A DNA stretch of 60,515 bases, filler included, from Sphacelaria rigidula (taxonomy: Eukaryota), in the NCBI GenBank assembly GCA_964200075.2. It is 10 parts of 10 records of this genome, joined end to end, with 100 filler letters (N's around TTAATTAATTAA, not from the genome) between each part and the next. Parts side by side here need not be neighbours in the genome. Positions count along the whole stretch, not along the records: positions 1 to 5,962 come from CAXNAA020023178.1; positions 6,063 to 12,024 come from CAXNAA020023179.1; positions 12,125 to 18,086 come from CAXNAA020023180.1; 7 more parts are not named here. One strand, written 5' to 3'. The notes beneath the pieces were generated by a model, which was given only the letters and a program-made list of their open reading frames with translations, had not been told where the DNA came from and did not search any database. Below are positions 1 through 12,330 of this stretch, piece after piece. The position numbers and the translations under genes are program-made. Positions within the stretch are counted from its first letter, which is position 1. Every line of letters begins with the position of its first letter.

Positions 1-72
1 ATCTTCCCTGCAATGGAGAAATGGGACTTCAACCTCATTTTATGTTTCAACCCCAAAAATTTGGATCGGGTG
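1..72. repeat. Fragment of a dispersed repeat also present at both ends of contig 7
   Basis: ATCTTCCCTGCAATG...CTTCAACCTCATTTT..GTTTCAAC..CAAAAATT.GGATCGG matches about 36467-36537 directly and about 42090-42160 as reverse complement. Confidence 0.8.
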
Positions 73-2139
73 TTACAGGTAGTCTCATTCAGTTCAGGTA
101 CGGGACGAGACCGGGAACACAGAACAGAAGCGGGAGGGAAAGATAGCAACATGCATTAACAGTTCTATCCTCAAGCCCTAGTGCCAAGATTGTTGAACCG
201 ATTGAAAGGAAAACGAGGGGACCATGAAAAACAGTTTTCCACTGTTGCATCTCGTGCCACAACAGCTTTACGATCACAAACACTTCAGCTCTGGAGAAAC
301 CCACGTGTGACGACCACAATACACGCTGAATTGCCACTCATCTGCCATGCTCTTGAACTTTTTCCCGCGGCGACCCTTGCGCCCGGCTTCACACCGTACC
401 GACGCCGTCGGTGCCCATACACCACAGGGTTTCATCCTGGCGATAAAATTTTCGCTTTTTGAACTGTAAGGTTGTATTTTGTGCCCCTCAACCTTGCTAA
501 CTATAATTCTTATGGTGCTTGTGTTTGTCACCCTTGTGCTTTCGCTTATGCTGCACCACCGGATATCATTTTTGCGGCGACCGTTTATGTTCTTGAAAAT
601 ACACGATTTTTTTTAGTTCATGATGCTTTGTATTCTGGGATTCTTTTCGCATGTGCCGCCAATGCCCCACTCGTTTTGCACTACACGATTGTAGTACGCG
701 TTTCCATTTTACTATACACATAGCAACGCTGATAATACGTGATGTCGACACATCTTCCACGTCGCGCCAGCCGAGCCTGCCCGACCACAGTGGTATTCTT
801 GTGAAAGTATAGTTCTACCCACGACCCAACCGCTGCGCATTTTGTTTCGTTGGCTTCGAGTGCATATTCTACGCACATACATTTCCTCGCTCACTAATAT
901 GTCTTTACTTGTTAAATTGCAGGATGGAACCCTTTTCGTATCCTCATTTATGTGACAGGGTACGTTTCGAATTCAGTGCTCAGCACGGAACGAGTCGATA
1001 CGCGACAAGAGTGACAAGACTAGGGCATGCTCTCATCTTCATGTACTCAGCGCTCCCAACTTTTGCTAACCTTACACTTTATTATCTTCACCCCACGCCC
1101 TTGTCCTAGGTATATGTGTTTCATCGTCAGAGAAACGGCGCTTTATGCGATGGCGACCGTTCATCCCCACACAGGCCACGCCGGGACGCGGAAGCACGGT
1201 ACATCGATGACGATATGTGTCCGAGTTGAGTACAATTGAGTGGTTTTCTCGAATGAATGATTCCGATACGTCTTTTGTGTACATAACAGGACCAACTGTT
1301 AGGTGTGACTGAGCATCGTGTATCTTACCTCATACCGCCCAGGCCCATGATAATCGATCGTTTGTTTCACTATTCACCAGTAAGGTCTTTATGTTCACAC
1401 TATTATCATACGCACTTGCCTTGCCGTGGCGTACCATACTGCTGCTTTTTCTGATTATATTTGCATTGTAAGTGCTCTGGCGGGCCGGGCGTATATGTTG
1501 CAGGAAATTATTTCGCTGATATGTGCACAGCCCAGCCGTGTGGGGAACTGTGTCTACCTATCCGTAACCGTTACTTCTTGGTGCAAGAAACAACTGCTGC
1601 TGCGATGTGGTACTCCGCTTGTGTCACAAGGCATTTCATCGACGGAACTGATGCTCAAGAAGTTTATTACATCGTTCCTGTACACACACGCCCCCTCATG
1701 GCAGTGAACACAAATATGCGCCATACCAAAGCAGCAAAGATGTCCGTAGCACAAGCCGCCTACCCCGCACCACAGCACGGCGACTTTGTGCGCAGCGAAG
1801 ATATGTTGGATCTTCTGCAACCGCATCAGCTTTCCAAAGACGCTGTCTGCGACTAGCTTCGTCTCCACTACCTTCGTAGCACACCTTCGCTTCCGTAACA
1901 GTCACTCTTGCCAATAGTCCATTGTGCGTGCCACGCTTCACTCTGGTGTTGCAGTGTTTATCTCGAGTGTGGATGCCTCTATGTTTCATTTATTTTATTA
2001 TGTTGTTTTCACTCTACCTTCACACTCAACGGATGACAATCGTCCTTTCTCTCAGCGTGGTAGGTCAAGACCGTATCGCGACTCTATCGTGGCGACTCAT
2101 CGTGGACATACTGGTAGCCGGCACAATATCTTGATACAT

Positions 2140-2350
2140 TGTAATGCGTGAGAGGATCGCTTGCTTCGACGACCGCATCGGAACTTGAACACCCGTATGG
2201 TCAGGGTTAGGGTTAGCGTTAGTGTTGGGGTTAAAGTCAGGGGCGTGGTCCATGCAGGGACCGGCCCGATTGGTTTTGAAAAACGTCGACCCTGAGGTGT
2301 TTCGAACTACGACGCGGACCTCTTAGCACGCGGTCCTCTCACGCATTGCA
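2140..2350. mobile_element. Non-autonomous TIR element (MITE), Ginger-like, with internal TTAGGG-like repeats
   Basis: TIR TGTAATGCGTGAGAGGA...TCCTCTCACGCATTGCA; 4-bp TSD ACAT (2136-2139, 2351-2354); internal GGGTTAGGGTTAG; related copies at 5370 and 21061. Confidence 0.8.
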
Positions 2351-2899
2351 ACATAACGGCACAATATCTTGATACATTACATGTAAATGTATTCCAGATC
2401 TGTCCATCGAATAATGTTTATATTCACCATCTTGCAACTCATGCGTTTGGGTTCTGTGGAGCTATGTTATCCTTGGACTGTACTGTTCACAAGATTTGAG
2501 AACAATTTGCACCATAGAGTTTCATGTCTGAAAGTGTTGAAACAGATACGATCGCTTGTTGCCGTAATTTGCAAGGAGTGTTTGACACCGGCAGGTTGTG
2601 TTTCAAATTCGTCTAGTCTCATGTCCGAAAACCCAACGCTATCAGCGCTTTCCCCGATTCACCCAGTCTAGTCGTTCAAAGCTAGTCGCAAAAACAAAAA
2701 GAGAAAAATACAAAAAACAACAGACCCCACCTGACAAAACCGGTGGCCCGCATCCTATTAGTCCCCACCTTACAATACCAGTGGCCCGCATCCTATTGAT
2801 CCTGTGTCAAACGTTCGTTATGCCTAGACTAACTCGTAGCCAAAAAGGGGGGAGCCCGCAGCAGCATGAGTGAGGTATTTATGTAGATGACTTAAGGTA

Positions 2900-3414
2900 T
2901 CAATCGGCTACCGACCCGCAAATCACCCAGGAGGTTAAGGTACCGCTGAGAGGGCAGGCGCATGGATGTATGATGCATTGTCCGGCAAGTGGGACGGGTA
3001 CGTAGACCCAACGTGTTGGACCAAACGCACACTCCCAGATCCATTCGTCCCTTCCAGCATGCCTCCGTTTCAAATACTCTTCGGCCGTACTCCTCCGGCT
3101 GCCCCAGACACTCTCGTACGACAAATGAGCTGCACTGACATCGTGCTAGGTCTACAGGATTTCGTGAAGCAAACGACAAAACGTGGACCAGACCAGATCA
3201 ATGTAGTCCTAGAAGCCAAACAGGGAAACAGGAAAAATGTTTGACAGAGACGGAGTGCAAGCATCATAAGACACGTTCCGGGAACGTCGGCGATAGAGTA
3301 GAGACAGGTGAGGTTTATGATTACCTTGATCCATACTGGCGCGTGAGTTACCCGAACGACGACTGGTTGGAATTCAACGGGAGGGAATTGCGTAAGATTA
3401 GCAGTTTAGAGTGA
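2900..3414 (+). pseudogene. Decayed Gypsy-type integrase C-terminal region followed by a Tudor-like module
   Basis: ORF 2966-3244 has WDGYV...PFQILFGRTP, resembling the end of a Gypsy integrase core; 3301-3414 translates ETGEVYDYLDPYWRVSYPNDDWLEFNGRELRKISSLE*; frames are broken. Confidence 0.55.
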
Positions 3415-5369
3415 CTGATATCCAGTACATACCGACAACGGGTTGCAACCTATAGGTAGCAGAAATCATGCCACCAGGCGCGCATCCCCCCGAGTGAGTG
3501 ATTCATAGGTCGAGAACCCGACGCAGGATCAATACGGGTGGAACATCACCCAAGCTTGGAGACGCAATAAAAGATGAGAGCGCCGAAACGGGTGGCAGCC
3601 GAATCTGGGTGAAGCCGAAACGGGCCTCTATCCCGTATATTCCTTGTAGGGAACTACTACAGGAGAGTGTATGAAACTGAGTGTAGCCGAAACAGACCTC
3701 AATTCCGTATTTTCCTTGTGGAAAACTATGGAGAAGTGTGTATGAAGCTCCGCCTTCATGTCACGCGGTCCCTGGTTGATAGAGCTAGTCTCAACCCGAT
3801 TACTTATGCCTTGTACGATACTTGGAAAATCTATTGGGGAGGATGGTAAAGGGTAAATAATGACCCTGTGAAGAAGACTATTGAGTGATTCAACCGCGAG
3901 TCCTGACAGCCTGCGAGTCCTGACACCTTAACCCGCCCGAGGACGAGACACTAAAAACAACGGGAGTAGGCGACAGCCGGTGACCCCTCCACTTAGAAGA
4001 AGCAAAGCAAACCCCAAACGACATCTCAGAATAATATTCGCCACTTAATATTGAACTGCACTCGACCACTGCTGAACACTGAATACGACGCCACCCACCC
4101 TACACCAAGGATCGACCTACATGCTAAACGCAGTGCTCATTGCGTGCCGCCCTGCAGCAGAGCTGATCGACTCGTACATACAGGCAAGATCTACCCATGA
4201 TTGGAGTAATTGCATTACTAGTGTAGCCGTTGTAAACTATGATAGAGGGTTCTAGGATGTCTTGCGTACACAATGCAACCCTCTAGTAGACTACCTTGCT
4301 CGTCTCACCAATGCATAACATTGCCTGCGAGACAGTGGTACTGTTCTCGAGGCAGACCGGCAACTGTCACGTGGACAGGAGTGTATGGCAGAGGCTGCAC
4401 CGTGGTAGTTAAACCACTTGCTTCTGCAGCGGACAGAAATTAAAAGGACACATTGTGCTTGGGGCTCTTCACTCGGCCGAACGAAATCAAGCAGTTTCTT
4501 TTGCAAGCAGAGAGCTGAAGGAAACAAAGGAGAGCTGGGTAAAAGCTTGGGAAAGTGATTGCAAGGGCTGTAGAGGTTTCCGAATCCAAGCATACTCAAT
4601 CCTGAAACAAAAAAACCAAAGTTTTTTCACATACGTAAGATCAAATCGTATAATCCAATTCAACATTGCTACTGCTGACGCGGTAGCCTTGCCAACTTTT
4701 TAGCTTAGATCAACTGTAATCTTGCACACAATAGATCTTTCAGCTTACGCGACCTCAACACTCTGCTATAGTATCTGTCATTGACAAATCATAGCAACAT
4801 GCCTACTTCAGCAATACTCTACTTGAAACGTCATTCAAACAAGAAGACTATAAATGAACACAAAAGAGGCACTCTCCGTGGAAAAGATACGTGGTTCGTG
4901 ATTTCCTTGAATCACCACAAGTTGTACCGTTCATCTTTTCTGCAAAGACGTCATTCAAATGCAGTGAATATAGACGGTATTATTTAGATTTGCAACAGGT
5001 GCGAGGGTGATATCTTCGAGTGGGATGTGTCTGCTTAATACTGTGTGTGAAAGAGGGAAGTTGTTCTTTGGATGGCCGAGTTTCCCTCTTGACTGCTGTG
5101 GAAAATGTTTTCAAGAGGGTATTCGTGTGAACTGGATATTTGTGCGGGGAAATCTGTGAAAGGAGAGTTTACGATAATGTAGGTACGTGTTTGACCTCTG
5201 GCGTTTCAATTGCCCATACATTTAAGGGTTTTCCATCCCGATTTGCACGGGAGAAGTACTTGTGTTGCGATGTGATAATTCGATAATTGTTTCGTCTTTA
5301 TTTTGATCTACAGTATAGGTTTGTGGTGCGGAAATGAGGTACGGGTTGTTGCGCCTCCGTTTTTCCTGT

Positions 5370-5592
5370 TGTAATGCGTGAAAGGATCGTGTGCTGAGAG
5401 GACCGCGTCATAGTTCGAAATACCTCAGGATCGACGTTTTTCAAAACCAATCGAGCCAGTCCCTGTAGGGACCACGCCCCCGACTCTAAGCTGAACACTA
5501 ACGCTTACCCTAAATCTAACCCTTAACCTAACCGTAGCGGTTTTCAACTTCAGATGCGGTCCTTCAAGCACGCGGTCCTCTCACGCATTACA
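5370..5592. mobile_element. Ginger-like MITE, second copy (opposite orientation)
   Basis: TGTAATGCGTGAAAGGA...TCCTCTCACGCATTACA; 4-bp TSD CTGT; internal CCCTAA-like repeats. Confidence 0.8.
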
Positions 5593-5962
5593 CTGTAGTC
5601 ACTACAAACCAGGGTGAGGTAGTGCGATACGAATACTGGTCGCTTAGTGAGTCATCTTACGATGTGTGTGTGTGGGGGGTATTTCGGCCCACTTCTTGCA
5701 CAAAATTCTGAAGTGAAATCGTTGATGAAAGCAGCATTGGTTGCTCAAACGAGCTTGTAATAGATAAATAACGCTCTTTCATACCGATTGACACCGTTTT
5801 GTACCAACTACAAGTGCGTCGCGAATGTGGCAGGCCATCTGACACACTTACGTGCCTCTTTTTTCGTGCAATCACCCCTCCCCTCCCCCCCTCCCTATCG
5901 CCTGGTCCGGCGAGAACCCCCGGTGCTCCCCCCCCCCCTTGCACGGGCGCCTCCCCCATGGG

Positions 5963-6062
5963 NNNNNNNNNNNNNNNNNNNNNNNNNNNNNNNNNNNNNN
6001 NNNNNNTTAATTAATTAANNNNNNNNNNNNNNNNNNNNNNNNNNNNNNNNNNNNNNNNNNNN
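5963..6062. other. Artificial contig spacer
   Basis: 44 N + TTAATTAATTAA + 44 N. Confidence 0.99.
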
Positions 6063-6189
6063 GGTTCTATCCTCAATCAAAAGCACCATCCTCAACATAG
6101 ATGATTGGCTGTTATCAGGAGGATGTCGAAGATGGATACTCATATCATCGACACGCACCTGAGAATTCTCGGTTCAGATATCATCTTAA

Positions 6190-6287
6190 CCCTTAGACCG
6201 CGAGGTTAGTCTTCTGTTGAATCGGCATCAATTCCAAGTGAAAAAAAGTATGCATGATCCAGAAAGACTAATCTCGTGGTCTAAGGG
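6190..6287. mobile_element. piggyBac-like MITE (~98 bp)
   Basis: TTAA on both sides (6186-6189, 6288-6291); CCC...GGG termini; 24-bp TIR CCCTTAGACCRCGAGRTTAGTCTT with 2 mismatches. Confidence 0.85.
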
Positions 6288-6929
6288 TTAATAAGGTTTG
6301 ACATCCCAAGTTCACATTTCAGATAGAGCCCCCTGGTGGATAATCATATCCCATATTAATGTACCACAAAGGAAGCCCATAAGGATCTCCGGGATATCTT
6401 ACATGGAATCCCCAAATAGATATCTCAGATGGACAATCGCACCCCAGACGGATATCTCAGGTTGATGTTCATATCCCAGGTGAATTTCTCAGATGTATTT
6501 CGCGTCCCCGATGGGTATCCCTGGCGGACCGGTGGATATCCCAGATGAGTATGGCATCCCAGATGGAGGCTGAATGAAAATTAAAGCCGCCAATGGCTTG
6601 GACCTACTTCCAGCGAGACGTATGACGCCCTCATTCGAACAGGCACAGAGAAACCTCATGGGTAGGTATGGAACGTCTGCAGTCGACACGGAGGGTTCGA
6701 AGGATAGGAACATGAGGTGTTACATACTGTAGGGGGTGTTCTCTCCTAACACAGCACATGCGACGAATATATCTCACAGTTCAACATTTTTGCTCTACGA
6801 AGTGGCCGACCGGAACTGAGAGAGCACGTGCACCTCGAGGGCATGCCATTTGCCAATGCAAAGTAAATCACCACGATGAGCTACAGCGGACCTGCTCGGC
6901 GGTAAGAGCTTGTTTTCGTCTTGCTTTAC

Positions 6930-7000
6930 ATTGGAACCCCTCCACTTCCTCGGGATGAGTCCGTGGTCTCAAGGGATTGACCCCTGTCCCCCGGAGTACA
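6930..7000 (-). repeat. Fragment of SINE family B 3' body
   Basis: Reverse complement resembles about 56493-56560 (CCCTTGAGACCACGGACTC.TCCCGAGGAAG). Confidence 0.65.
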
Positions 7001-10000
7001 TACCTTGCAATCTGACTTGACAATTTGGATGATCGCTCCCAACACTGCGAGTCGTCTCTTTGCAGCGGAGACATGCAAGCCTTCCGTTTCCATGGTGCAT
7101 TGGTGGACAGTAGGGTTTACACTCATCCGTCGTCGAGCAATCCAAAGTTGTTTCACTTGGGATATTTTGTGGACTATGAGATTCAGATATTCAAAGAGCT
7201 CACAGTTTTAAGCGCCCGCAAACGTGCGCACACGCGCAGTTGCTTGAAGTTCCGCTCAGCAACAAATTCGAGGGCTACCAATCCACGTCTTCTAGCGTAC
7301 TTCCTCTCTGAACACAACTACCCGAGAGTTCTCGATCAACCCGGAGTTAGGTTCCGGACCACCGTGCTGTGTTGGGGTTTGACAGTTCTAGAGTGTGTAA
7401 GCCATGGACGTTTTGGTCCCGAGCTTGCGTGAACTGCCCTGCGTGGGGGCGCGAATTACAATCCAGCCCCGCCGGCGCTGCAGACTCACTGGTTCCCTCT
7501 GTATGGGAAATGCAGTTTGCCTGACCGTGAGTGCTACCGTTTGTCTACAAGGTGGTACATAGCGCCAGTTTTGACAATGCCACTAGCCCCACCCAATTCG
7601 ACCAATCCTAAATCTAGCTCTAACCCCAACCCCAATCCTAACCCCTACCGAATGCAGACGATGAGCCGGGCACTAGAGTGACACTGGCAGTACCAAGAAA
7701 AATGCTGCTGCGACGAAAGTGAATCACGCGTCGCTGCGCGCCGCCATGTAAAGCACATTGGGTCGCGCAAAGTGGCGTTTACGCACGAGTTGAATGAGGT
7801 GGCTGTGCCCACCGTGGAAGTACGCTACTCTCGGTCCAACGTAGCTCTCCGAGAACGTTCAACGGGTGGAATTCGTGCGCAGGTATTGGACACTAATACA
7901 GCCCTACTTGCTTCCGTACCAGAGGTTGCAAATCGCAGAAGTTCCCAACAATACTTTGTCAGGCGAAAATACGTCAGGAACACCTGAATAAAAGATCTTG
8001 GATAGAGTATTGAAATGGCGACAAAGATGCAAGCAAGCAAAACCGCCTCTTTCAAGGAAGCAGATCGCAAGCCGCTGGAATCTCCTAGAGAAGCTTGTCA
8101 TGCGGACGATTCCAAACTATTCTCAGAAACGCCGACTCAGAAATATTCCTGGAACATTCTGACACAGCGAAGGCGTTGCCAGAGCTGCAGCACACGTCTG
8201 GTAGCATGTAGTCTCGCAAGGTGTCGGATGTGAGCTTCGCCAATGGACACGTGTCTTGGCACCCTCTATACCGGACTCCCTGTACCCTCAACCTTCGCAC
8301 ATTCGTCTGGTTAAGGTTTGACGCTAACTCAGCTGTATGGGCATCCGGTTGAGTTGGAAAAGCTAGGAGGGACGACTGATCAGCAGATGTCTGCTCGAAA
8401 CGCAGGCACAGATCATACGTTCACAACGAGGTTGTCGCCCTTGCGCAAACGCGTTCAAAACGAGTCGCGCGTAGCTCACCCATACACGAAGGCCTGCCCC
8501 ACGAAGCTTTCCGCACAAGCCACACCATCGCTCCCCTCGCTCCAACACCCCACCTTCGCTCCATGCGTCTCTCCATCGAAGCAAAACCGGACATCTGGCA
8601 GCTGAGGACAATCACAATGCGCGTGGGAAGGCTGAGGACAATCAGCAATTTTGTAGCGCAAGCGGCGTTAGCTGAGCCCCTCACCGTGGAACCAACGATT
8701 CGTCCACTTAGCACGCAATAGTATTATCATAGGTGAACCCTTTGATCGGGACTTATTGCGAACTCTACCGTACAGTGGCACCGACATGTTGTACACTGAA
8801 CACAGCAACGCATCGGCATAGGCAGACCTCAAGCGATCGCCTTTACGAAGTTGTGACCAAACTGACCAATCGATACGCATCGACAATCTTAACTGCCCTG
8901 TCCTACTTACATCTTCACAGCTCGTGCGCGCGTTCAAGTACAGAAAATACATGCGGTCTCGAGATGCTGAATACGTCGCTGGTAAGCAGTCGTCTCCGTG
9001 TGGGATAGCAGTTTCCCTGGCCCAAGCACGCACACCCACGTGTTCTTTTTTCTCTCTTGCGTCTTTCGAGCTACATCAAAGTATCCAGACTTGGTTCATT
9101 TATGGGGATCTGCAGGCTTGGTTTGTTCATGGGAATCGGCACGCCTCTAAAAAAACATGTTCGACGGACACACGTCTGCTGGTGCACCCCGGCGGTCTAA
9201 TGCTAGAATTGACACCATGAAGGCGGGAAGGAAGCGGGTTCAATTCCCTTCAGATGCGTGTAGTTTGGCGCTTGTCTAGAACAAGATATATGATTTCCAT
9301 CATTGAAAGCGTGAGGATGTACGTGAGTAGCAAAGAAAACAAAGTATGTTTGGTCGAGCTCCTTAGACGCCAGTGAACGCGGTGCGGGAGCGCTGATCTA
9401 ATCCGCGTTGCCAAAAATATAAGGCGAGTACCGGGAGAGAAAAATATTGATCCTGTGACACCATGCACTCGTCCTGAGGAAGAGGAGGAGTGGAAGTGAG
9501 AATGAATTCACACATATACAGAAACGATAGCTGAAAACGTCGCACACGGCGCCGAGTCTCGTCCCCTTCATGCTTTACCTGGAATGGTTCTTTCACGAGC
9601 TCCTGCTCCACGGGTGGGTGAGAACGTCGATCAAAGCCCTCTTTCAAGGCCTGAGGTGCGAATTGGCGAGGGAACACGAGGGCTGGACAGAGTCAGACAC
9701 CGGCGTATGCAAACAAATAACGACCCTGCGCGAGCGACGAACAGTTTTGTGGTTCTGGTATGAGCGCGCTCGTATTCAGGCAAGGGTATCGAAAGCCGTA
9801 CCGCATTTACGAGTGACTCCAGTTTTTCATAGGTTATTTTCTACCTGAAATATTAATGACGTTGGCGACATCCGCAAAACGGTATTTGCTATGCGCAATT
9901 CGCATTACGGTCGTGATTTGATCAACCGACAACTACAAGAAGTACGTCCTGATTTCGGAAATCACGAACTACACGGGAGCATCTACGTCGATGCGGTACG

Positions 10001-11948
10001 TGAAACACGCCCCCGGCAGTACGGAATTTCAACACCGAGGAGAGTGTGGAGCGTCGAATGTAGATAGCAGCGTATGGACAGGAAATCGCAGCATCGGGCG
10101 ACACGATTTGTTCGGAGGGGGGGAAGCTGCAATATCCCGCCAGAGTAGCGCTCGCCTCAAAAGACCGGCCTTTACCATCGTCAAACGTAGCCTTTCACGA
10201 TCGAAAACTGGCACAAAAATACAATCTGTCGACCGCGGTGTGTATGCTATATTCGTCAAACATACGTGAAACGCAATGAACAACCGTGGAAGCGCTCTCA
10301 CCGTGAGAGTGTAGATCAAGTAGCCGGCCAGGAGAAATATCCAGTAACAATGGGCCTTCCAGCGATGCCTTGGTTGCACAATGTTGGGTAGCCAAACGCT
10401 CTCGGGGATCTTCTCCAGCAACCGCACCACAGCAATATTGTCATCATCGACTGCATTCAGAGTATGAGGAGAAAACACGTTTTACGACCGCTCTGGACCT
10501 ACCCGGTTTCTCCCAAAATAAGCTGTTTTTCCGGGTAACGAGTTGGGATACTGAGTGCGATAACTAGCTTGGAACAAAAGGTCACAAAATGAAACATACC
10601 ACACAACCTGTCCAAACAAACAACCAGGAACACTTCTCTCGTTTACTCCAAGGTGCGAAGGGGTTCAATGACGTTTATCAGGGAAGGCAACGCTGCTCTT
10701 TCAGGCGCTTGACTGCCCCAGGGCGACATAAAACAGGTGCAAGGAACGATGGGAAAAACGATGGGAAAAACGCCAGAAATGAATTAATGAAGAGATGCTG
10801 AAAAGCCGTGCCTTCTCACACTCAAGCGACCAGATATGACAAAAGAGCTACCCGCCGGTAACCTCAGAGTAAGAAAACGCACGGAGCTACTTTGGAGACA
10901 AGCAATCCCTGTAACGGTTCTGACCTTGTTCGCGGATATTGTTGGACTTATTGCTATCGTCCTCAAGTACCATCCCCGGGAATTTACGCTGTCTCGAAAA
11001 ACCGCTCGCGCCTGACCAACTCTTGGAAATCGGTGACCGCCGAACATTGGAAAGACTCGAGGAATGTCTGCTCCTGGCAGCGTTGTTCCTGTCGGCGGGA
11101 AAGCTGGAGGCGCGAGCTACCTTTTGACGCTTGAGAGTTGTCCGGGTGCGGTTGGCATTTTCACTGTGCGTCCGTGCGACCGTATTAGGCATTCCCGGTA
11201 CTTCGCTGCCATTGTTCGACCTGACTCTCGGGATCATCTTCAATGTCGCTGTTGTGCTGCTGCTGCTGCTGGTAGTAATGGTGATGATGTGTGTGTGGGG
11301 GGGGGGGTTGTCGTGGTAGTCGTCACAGTTGTGGTTGTGGCTAGTAGTGTTGACGGTGCTTCCGTTGGCTCTGTCGTCCACAGAACTGGCTGATTTCTCG
11401 TGACACACTTGACGCTGCTGGCCTGCTTGGTTCGTTCACGGCTGGCCTGCTCAACTGGAATCGCGGATGTAATCGTTCAAGGGTGAGGGGAAGACAACGT
11501 TTGTACGGAAGGAGGGAGAGGGAAGGGAGGACAGGGACGACAGGGGATCAACTCGCTGCTGCTTGCTACAGACAGAGACGTGTTCCCCGCGTTTGGGGGT
11601 GAATTGTGCGTGTAGCAAGTGACTAGGCGGACACAGCTGACTAATCGAGAGGGCAGCGTTGGAGTGAAAGCCATCACATGTGTGAACGTAGAACGGGCAT
11701 CAACAGGGCGGGTAGGAGCGGTGTCGTTGTAGGAGATGAGGATAGAGAAGGATTCGTTCGTTTCATACTACTCATTGAGAGCACCAATCTCCCGTGAAAA
11801 GAACGAACGAGGGTGTTGGCGGGTATTCAGTGACCAACCCCGAGCGACTCCATTTCCTTCGGGTTGATTCGCAACATGTGCCGATCAATCACGCAAGCAC
11901 CGAGAACGCGTGTCATGCGTGTGCGCCAGACAGGTCGCAATTGTCCAA

Positions 11949-12024
11949 GGGTCGGACAAATCAATGATTTGTCTGGAAATTACTTAGTTTTATTGTAATT
12001 GATTCGAATCGCACGAATCAATCC
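11949..12024. repeat. Dispersed repeat ending in a hairpin
   Basis: GGGTCGGA...TCTGGAAATTACTT...ATTGATTCG.A.CG.ACGAATCAATCC, also found at about 54025-54100. Confidence 0.7.
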
Positions 12025-12124
12025 NNNNNNNNNNNNNNNNNNNNNNNNNNNNNNNNNNNNNNNNNNNNTTAATTAATTAANNNNNNNNNNNNNNNNNNNN
12101 NNNNNNNNNNNNNNNNNNNNNNNN
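12025..12124. other. Artificial contig spacer
   Basis: 44 N + TTAATTAATTAA + 44 N. Confidence 0.99.
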
Positions 12125-12330
12125 CCGACCACTCGCCACGGACCTGTCCACGTGGACATCAACTTTGGCGTCACACCTTGCCTACGAACATGTGCATACA
12201 ATACGAAATCGCCAACGGCAAACTTGGGCAACACAGCTTGGCCCTGAGCAAGCTTGCGTGTAGTTCCGCGAGACACCGCGACAGCAGTTTGCAGTTCGTT
12301 ACAAAACCACACTTGCTCGCCCACCACGCC

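Noticed and set aside
6007..6018. Recurrent TTAATTAATTAA motif
   Set aside because: Synthetic six-frame stop linker inside the N spacers.
10887..11408. DRNNAAR resembling the TnpB/Fanzor RuvC-III motif
   Set aside because: No preceding zinc finger or other RuvC motifs; the ORF is low complexity.
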